Below are positions 57,973-64,000 of a stretch of DNA of 64,000 bases, one piece after another. The position numbers were made by a program, and so were the translations under genes. The notes under the pieces were generated by a model. The model searched no databases. It was not told the DNA's origin and saw nothing but the letters and a program-made list of their open reading frames with translations. Source of the DNA: Candidatus Altimarinota bacterium (lineage in GTDB: Bacteria; Patescibacteriota; Gracilibacteria; CAIRYL01). The stretch lies in NCBI GenBank assembly GCA_965250085.1, contig OZ252287.1:832001-896000 (forward strand), in the 5' to 3' direction. How positions within the stretch are numbered: the stretch's first letter is position 1; the number at the start of each line of letters is the position of its first letter.

Positions 57973-58638
57973 ATGCGAGAATCATTTTCTGACAAGAAAA
58001 CAAGGGCTAAACACATTCTTCAGATTTTAGAAAAAACATATCCTGATGCCAAATGTGCGCTCAAGCATGAAACAGTATTTCAGTTACTGGTAGCAGTGAT
58101 ACTCTCGGCGCAATGTACTGATAAACAGGTGAACAAAATCACCCCAAATCTTTTTTCTCTTCTCCCAGATGCCACAGCTTTTATAAAAGCCCCCCTCAAT
58201 CAAATAGAAAGACTTATCTATTCCACGGGATTTTATAAAAATAAGGCGAAAAATATAAAAGCAACAGCAGAAAAAATAGAAAAGAATTTTAAAGGAAAAG
58301 TGCCGAATACTATGGAGCAGCTTGTACGGCTCCCAGGCGTGGGAAGAAAGACAGGAAATGTGATTTTAGAAACCGGATATGATAAGAATGAGGGCGTCGT
58401 GGTGGACACGCATATGATTCGTATTTCGCATCTCCTTTCACTGGTACATAAATCGAGCAAAGAGAATGCGGTCAAAATAGAACAGCAGCTGATGAAACTT
58501 TTGCCACAAAAAAAATGGGGAAGTTTTTCTCACTCTATTGTTTTTCACGGACGAGAAATATGTATTGCTCGTAGGCCACAATGCCATAAATGTCCTCTGG
58601 TAAAATTTTGTCCTGGAAAAAAGATAGAGTGTTCTTAA
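57973..58638 (+). CDS. nth: Endonuclease III
   Basis: LSAQCTD, LPGVGRKT, VDTH, C-x6-C-x2-C-x5-C. Confidence 0.95.
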   Translation: MRESFSDKKTRAKHILQILEKTYPDAKCALKHETVFQLLVAVILSAQCTDKQVNKITPNLFSLLPDATAFIKAPLNQIERLIYSTGFYKNKAKNIKATAEKIEKNFKGKVPNTMEQLVRLPGVGRKTGNVILETGYDKNEGVVVDTHMIRISHLLSLVHKSSKENAVKIEQQLMKLLPQKKWGSFSHSIVFHGREICIARRPQCHKCPLVKFCPGKKIECS

Positions 58639-58755
58639 AAAATTTCTTTCTTCTCATCTGACATTTGTTACAATCTTCAGAGCCTATATTTTTAGGTTTT
58701 GAAGGGAGAGATTTACCTCTTCCTTCGGCTTTAGAAACTTTTCCACTTTTAACTT

Positions 58756-61700
58756 TTGACTGACTTCGTTCATCTACATGTACACTCACACTATTCCCTG
58801 CTTGATGGACTGGGAAAAGTAGAAGAGTACGTTCAAAAAGCCAAATCACACGGCATGAAAGCACTTGCTCTTACCGACAAAGCCAATACTCATGGCCTCG
58901 TTGATCTGTACAAAGCATGTCAAAAAGAAGGTATCAAAGCTCTTCTGGGATGTGAGATGTACATTGCTCTTCGAAGTCGTTTTGATAAGGAAGCTGGTAT
59001 CGACAATAGAAGACACCATATTGTGCTGCTTGCAAAAAATCAGACTGGGTACGAGAATCTTCTGAGACTTTCTTCCGAAGCATTTTTGACTGGCATGTAC
59101 TATAAGCCTCGCATCGATATAGAACTCTTGCAGGAATATTCTGAAGGGCTCATTTCTATCTTGCCGCGAGTAAACGGAGAGGTCGCAAGGCATATTTTAA
59201 ATCAGGAGGCCAAAGAAGCTGAGACGACCCTTTCCAAATATAAAGAAATTTTTGGGGATGATCTCTATATGGAAATGGTCCACCGGCCCCAGTTTGAAGA
59301 ACATGCATTTTTACATCAAAATCTTAAAGATCTTTCCGAAACCTCAGGCGTACCACTGGTGGCTACAAACGATGTGTACTATGTAGAGGAAAATGACAGT
59401 GATGCGCATGACACTCTCCTTTGTTTACAATTTAATACTATTAAATCAGATCCCAATCGATTTCACCTCAGGGATTATAATCTTTCCTTTGTAGAAGAAT
59501 CTCAAATGAGAGAATGGTTTTCAGACCTCCCAGCAGCAGTCGAAAATACCAAGCTTATAGCAGACAAGTGTAGTGTGGACTTCGAATTTGGAGTCCACAG
59601 AATTCCTAAGTTTCCTCTTCCGAAGGACCAAAAAAATGAATATGAGTATTTAAAGCATCTCTGTCATGAAGGAGGAGAAAAGCGATATCAATTTGATCTC
59701 TCCTCTCCAAACACTGAAGAACAAAAAGCTATTGTTGAAAGACTTTATTTTGAGCTAGATGTCATCCATAAGATGGGTTTTGATGGATATTTTCTTATCG
59801 TGTGGGATCTCATGCTATGGGCACGTACTCAAGACATTGCTGTTGGTCCCGGCCGTGGGTCTGCTGCCGGATCATTGGTTTCATATCTTCTGTATGTTAC
59901 CAATTTGGATCCACTTGAATACAATCTTCTGTTTGAACGATTTTTAAATCCAGAGAGGATTTCTATGCCTGATATCGATCTCGATTTTGCTGATGATAGG
60001 CGAGATGAAATTCTTGAGTATGTCGCTGAAAAATATGGTCGTGATCATGTCGCACAAATTTGCACATTTGGAACTATGGCGGCACGCGCAGCCGTCAAAG
60101 ATGTAGGACGTGTTATGGGGCTCCCTTTTACAGAAATGAATGCATTTGGAAAATTGATTCCTTCTCTTCCCGGCACAACTCTTGCGGAAGCTGAAAAAAA
60201 ATCTCCAGAGCTCAAGGAAAAATTGGAGAAAGATGAAATAGCGCGAAGTATTTATGAAAATGCAAAAAAATTTGAAGGAAATGTGAGACATATTTCCGTG
60301 CACGCTTGTGCCGTGGTCATCGCTCCTGATCCTATTCGCAAATACACTGCTATTCAGCATCCCCCTAAAGATGATGATGCTATTATTACGCAATATTCAG
60401 CAAAACCTCTTGAGGCTTTGGGGCTTCTCAAAATGGATTTTTTGGGACTGAGAAATCTCACTATTTTAAAAAAAACATGTGAAATTGTCGCCCGCACCAA
60501 GCAGCAACATATCGACCTGGAAACACTTCCAATGGATGATGCTACAACATATGAGCTCCTCTCAAAAGCACTGACAACAGGAGTCTTTCAATTGGAATCT
60601 GCCGGAATGAGACGATATCTCAAAGACCTCAAGCCTACGCGTTTTGAAGATATTATTGCGATGGTATCCCTTTTTCGTCCAGGACCGATGCAGTTTATTC
60701 CTGACTACATTGAACGAAAGCATGGAAAAAAACACGTCCAATATGTACACAAAAATTTGGAAGACATCTTGAGGTCTACGTATGGAATTGCCATCTACCA
60801 GGAGCAAATTCTGCAAATGGCGCAGGTGTTTGCCGGATTTACTCTAGGAGAGGCCGACCTTTTGAGACGCGCGATTGGGAAAAAAATCGCAAAAGAACTC
60901 AAAGCTCAAAGACAAAAATTTATTGATGGCGCTCAGAAACAAGGGTACGAAGAAAAACTAGCAGTGTATATCTTTGACGACGTCATAGAGCCATTTGCCA
61001 ATTATGGATTCAATCGTTCTCATGGGGCATGTTATGCCATGCTTGCCTATCAGACTGCGTATCTCAAAGCCAATTATCCTACAGAATTTTTCGCAGCTCT
61101 TCTTTCATGTGACAAGGAAAACACCGACCGCGTTATTCTTGATATTCAGGAAGCTCGCCAGTTTGGCATTCATGTATTACCACCAAATATTAACGAATCA
61201 TTTTCAAATTTTACTGTTACCAATGAAAATGAAATTAGATTTGGCCTCACGGCTATCAAGGGAATTGGCCAGGGCGTTGTGGATAATATTTCAGAAGTTC
61301 GACAACAGGAAAAATTTGCGACCTTTGCTGACTTTTTGGCGCGAGTACCGTCAAAAGTACTCAATAAAAAGTCACTTGAAGCTCTTGCAAAATCTGGAGC
61401 TTTTTCAGAATTTATCGACCCTGGCATCATGGTGGGACACATGGGAACCATTCTCAAATTTACGCGTGCCGAATCTGTGACCCCGGATAAGCAGCAAGAT
61501 TCTCTTTTTGGTGGACAAAAGATAGAAAAAGCAGAGCTTTCTCTTCCTCGTGCCGAACCGGCCAAGCTTTCCGAGCGCCTCAAATGGGAAAAGGAAGTAT
61601 TGGGAATCTATGTTTCTGCCCACCCCTTACAGGGAATGGGGCAATTTTTCGCTAAAAAGGGAGTTTTGATTTCAGAGATTCCTGATACCATGCGATTTAC

Positions 61701-62298
61701 GACAAAAGAAATTACCGTGCACGGACTTTGCACCGATATTCGCAAGTTGATAACCAAAAAAAATGATGTAATGGCAATTATCACCCTTGAGGATTTGAGT
61801 GGAAAAATTGAAGCAGTTCTTTTTCCAAAAACATATATGAGTTTTATTCCTTTTTTAAAAGAGGATTCTTTTATGACCATAAAAGGAAAGGCTGACAAAA
61901 GAAATGGCGAGTGGCAGATCATAGTTTCGTCGCTCACTTCTCAGGAATTAGAAACCATTCGCCAATCTGCTGAGCAAGAGGGCCTTTTGAGTGCTGATGA
62001 AGAGGTTGTAAATATTGTGGAACATGAAGAGGAGGAACTTCCGAGCGATGCTGATGGGAAGAATATTTCCGAGAATATTATGGAAGAGCACCAACAGCAA
62101 AATTCCAAATCCCCTTACTCCATCGAGCTTCCAGAGAAATTCTCTCGAGACCAGATGCAATCCCTACACTCGCTCCTCTCTCAGCATCCAGGCAATACAA
62201 AAGTGCAGCTTCTTTTTCAGGGGCACAAACTTACCTTTCCACATTCCGTTGCCATTTCAAAAAACTTAGAGGGCTTGGTTTCCAAGCTCATAGATTGA
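58756..62298 (+). CDS. dnaE: DNA polymerase III alpha subunit
   Basis: HLHVHS.YSLLDG, GPGRGSAAGS, PDIDLDF, KMDFLGL, YGFNRSH. Confidence 0.98.
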   Translation: MTDFVHLHVHSHYSLLDGLGKVEEYVQKAKSHGMKALALTDKANTHGLVDLYKACQKEGIKALLGCEMYIALRSRFDKEAGIDNRRHHIVLLAKNQTGYENLLRLSSEAFLTGMYYKPRIDIELLQEYSEGLISILPRVNGEVARHILNQEAKEAETTLSKYKEIFGDDLYMEMVHRPQFEEHAFLHQNLKDLSETSGVPLVATNDVYYVEENDSDAHDTLLCLQFNTIKSDPNRFHLRDYNLSFVEESQMREWFSDLPAAVENTKLIADKCSVDFEFGVHRIPKFPLPKDQKNEYEYLKHLCHEGGEKRYQFDLSSPNTEEQKAIVERLYFELDVIHKMGFDGYFLIVWDLMLWARTQDIAVGPGRGSAAGSLVSYLLYVTNLDPLEYNLLFERFLNPERISMPDIDLDFADDRRDEILEYVAEKYGRDHVAQICTFGTMAARAAVKDVGRVMGLPFTEMNAFGKLIPSLPGTTLAEAEKKSPELKEKLEKDEIARSIYENAKKFEGNVRHISVHACAVVIAPDPIRKYTAIQHPPKDDDAIITQYSAKPLEALGLLKMDFLGLRNLTILKKTCEIVARTKQQHIDLETLPMDDATTYELLSKALTTGVFQLESAGMRRYLKDLKPTRFEDIIAMVSLFRPGPMQFIPDYIERKHGKKHVQYVHKNLEDILRSTYGIAIYQEQILQMAQVFAGFTLGEADLLRRAIGKKIAKELKAQRQKFIDGAQKQGYEEKLAVYIFDDVIEPFANYGFNRSHGACYAMLAYQTAYLKANYPTEFFAALLSCDKENTDRVILDIQEARQFGIHVLPPNINESFSNFTVTNENEIRFGLTAIKGIGQGVVDNISEVRQQEKFATFADFLARVPSKVLNKKSLEALAKSGAFSEFIDPGIMVGHMGTILKFTRAESVTPDKQQDSLFGGQKIEKAELSLPRAEPAKLSERLKWEKEVLGIYVSAHPLQGMGQFFAKKGVLISEIPDTMRFTTKEITVHGLCTDIRKLITKKNDVMAIITLEDLSGKIEAVLFPKTYMSFIPFLKEDSFMTIKGKADKRNGEWQIIVSSLTSQELETIRQSAEQEGLLSADEEVVNIVEHEEEELPSDADGKNISENIMEEHQQQNSKSPYSIELPEKFSRDQMQSLHSLLSQHPGNTKVQLLFQGHKLTFPHSVAISKNLEGLVSKLID

Positions 62299-62336
62299 GT
62301 TTTCTTCCACAAATAAAGAGGAGTCCGCTTGCGTTC

Positions 62337-62876
62337 TTAAAGAAGGGAAGAGGTCGCGATATCTTCATTGTTCTCAAATGATAGCGCGCTTTTCTTTTGC
62401 ACGCTGTTTTTTTCCTGTTGCCCCAATTTTTTCCAGTATTCTTTGGCAGAAATATTGTTTGGGAACAGGATCTCTGGATTCATTTCTAAGAGTGGAGCCA
62501 GGACAAAAGCTCTTTTGTGCGCGAGTGGATGCGGAATTTGTAATATGTCCAAATCAATTATGTTTTCATTCCAAAAAAGAATATCTATGTCGATAGTTCG
62601 TGATCCCCATTTTTCTGTTCGTCTTCTCCCCAGATTATTTTCAATTTTCTGAATGCTCTGCAAAAATTTGAGCGGACTGAAGTCTGTCTCCATTCGCACA
62701 CCCGTATTGAAAAAATCATTCTGATGTGTCTTTCCCCAAGCCTTTGTTTCCCAGATTGAAGAGGTTTGTAAAATTTCCCCTAGGGTTTTTAGTTCTGCAA
62801 TCGCTGCGTCGAGAAATTTTGCGCGATCGCCCTGATTGGAGCCAAGAGAAAGAAAAACAGTACTCATGTTTGTCAT
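62337..62876 (-). CDS. folK: HPPK (dihydropterin pyrophosphokinase)
   Basis: LGSN.GD, W.SRTIDIDIL, PHP...RAFVL.PL. Confidence 0.95.
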   Translation of the reverse strand: MTNMSTVFLSLGSNQGDRAKFLDAAIAELKTLGEILQTSSIWETKAWGKTHQNDFFNTGVRMETDFSPLKFLQSIQKIENNLGRRRTEKWGSRTIDIDILFWNENIIDLDILQIPHPLAHKRAFVLAPLLEMNPEILFPNNISAKEYWKKLGQQEKNSVQKKSALSFENNEDIATSSLL

Positions 62877-62915
62877 CCGAAGAGGAAGATAAGAAGAAGT
62901 GTTTGCTACAACTAT

Positions 62916-62947
62916 AAATCCCTTAAACCTCCTTTATCAAGGGGGCT
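62916..62947. repeat. Degenerate copy of the CCCTCTTT..AAAGGGG hairpin repeat
   Basis: aaatcccttaaacctcctttatcaagggggc. Confidence 0.55.
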
Positions 62948-63007
62948 TTTGGTTTGCCTTTTCCTCCAAATCTTGAAAAAATCTGTCCGTTGCTTTTATA
63001 AAATTCT

Positions 63008-63475
63008 ATGGAACGTACACTTGTCATTATAAAACCAGATGGAATACAGCGTGGCCTTATCGGAGAAGTCACTCGACGATTTGAGCGCAAGGGGCTTAAA
63101 CTTTTAGGAATAAAAATGATGACTCTCGAAGAAGCTCTTCTTAAAGAGCATTATGAGCATATCGCCGATAAGCCATTTTTTTCAGGAATTTCAGAATTTA
63201 TGCAAAGTTCTCCTGTTATCGTGCAATGCTGGGAAGGGGTAGAAGCCGTACATGCAGTCCGCCTTATTTGTGGTATTACCAAGGCTCGGGAAGCTGATGC
63301 AGGGACTATCCGCGGTGATTTGGCAATGAGCATTCAATGTAATGTGGTTCATGCTTCTGATTCTTTAGAAACAGCACAAAAAGAGGTCCCTCGATTTTTT
63401 GAAGAAGAAGAACTCTTTCACTATGACAAATCAGAGTACCTTCACGTATACTCTGAGGACGAACACCCCAGATAA
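63008..63475 (+). CDS. ndk: Nucleoside diphosphate kinase
   Basis: IKPDG, KPFF, GTIRGD, NVVHASDS. Confidence 0.97.
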   Translation: MERTLVIIKPDGIQRGLIGEVTRRFERKGLKLLGIKMMTLEEALLKEHYEHIADKPFFSGISEFMQSSPVIVQCWEGVEAVHAVRLICGITKAREADAGTIRGDLAMSIQCNVVHASDSLETAQKEVPRFFEEEELFHYDKSEYLHVYSEDEHPR

Positions 63476-63486
63476 TTTTTTCAGAT

Positions 63487-64000
63487 ATGCGAAATGATGT
63501 TCCTCAGGCGGTTGTAATACAAAAAATTTCTGATATTGCGCACCGTGTCAGACTTTTTGTACTCGAGGCCGAATTGAATTCTCAACCGGGACAGTTTGTA
63601 ATGCTTTGGATTCCCGAGATAGACGAAAAGCCATTTTCCATTGCTGGAGACATGAATGGCAAAATTTCATTTGCAATCTCTGATGTCGGACCATTTTCAC
63701 ATGCTTTATTTCAGAAAAAAGAAGGTGACATGATCGGAATGAGGGGGCCATTTGGACATGGGTACTCCCTTCCACAAAAGCAGAATGTAGTACTCGTCGG
63801 TGGTGGATATGGCATGGCTCCACTTCACAATACTGGAATTCATCATCAAAAAAATGGCTGCATGGTAACCGCTGTAACTGGTGCTCGATCAGCAAAAAAT
63901 GTTCTCTTTGAACAAGAGTGTAAAGATTCGGGATTTCAAACGTTTGTGACCACTGATGATGGCAGTGTTGGTGAGAAAGGATTTGTCACTATGGCACTCC
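63487..64000 (+). CDS. pyrK: Dihydroorotate dehydrogenase electron transfer subunit (runs off window edge)
   Basis: Not in the ORF track. Manual translation MRNDVPQ...PGQFVMLWIP..DEKPFSI...RGPFG.G...GGGYG.APL...TDDGS.G.KGFVT. Confidence 0.85.
   Translation, partial: MRNDVPQAVVIQKISDIAHRVRLFVLEAELNSQPGQFVMLWIPEIDEKPFSIAGDMNGKISFAISDVGPFSHALFQKKEGDMIGMRGPFGHGYSLPQKQNVVLVGGGYGMAPLHNTGIHHQKNGCMVTAVTGARSAKNVLFEQECKDSGFQTFVTTDDGSVGEKGFVTMAL

Noticed and set aside
58756-62298. Intein in dnaE or in ATPase subunit A
   Set aside because: Both proteins have normal length and no intein motifs

Overview
AT-rich bacterial chromosomal window read with genetic code 11. The gene content (multicopy Cys-rich zinc-ribbon proteins, tandem VirB2/TrbC-like pilins, DUF4012-like protein, weak Shine-Dalgarno use, plus purL/purQ/pyrK/folK) suggests a Patescibacteria (CPR) genome, probably Peregrinibacteria-like; this is inference. 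Housekeeping content: a Na+-type V/A-ATPase operon, pheS, purQL, transketolase, proB, ruvA, gap, class I aldolase, nth, dnaE, folK, ndk, pyrK, murJ, two tRNAs and one complete IS481-family element with a 15-bp target duplication. Main leads: (1) a four-gene module (helical protein, NrdG-like radical SAM protein, tandem-AAA/coiled-coil/ankyrin ATPase, small protein) sitting where ATPase subunit D normally follows subunit B; (2) a three-gene Cys-rich array with nested in-frame repeat insertions, a near-identical shared patch and a stranded relic C-terminus; (3) a type IV minor pilin with a G10 tract at the junction to a Cys-rich/RTX tail; (4) several families of short dispersed repeats and a duplicated tRNA-Leu 5' end. 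No CRISPR array, rRNA or reverse transcriptase was seen. All family calls come from motif recognition, not database searches.
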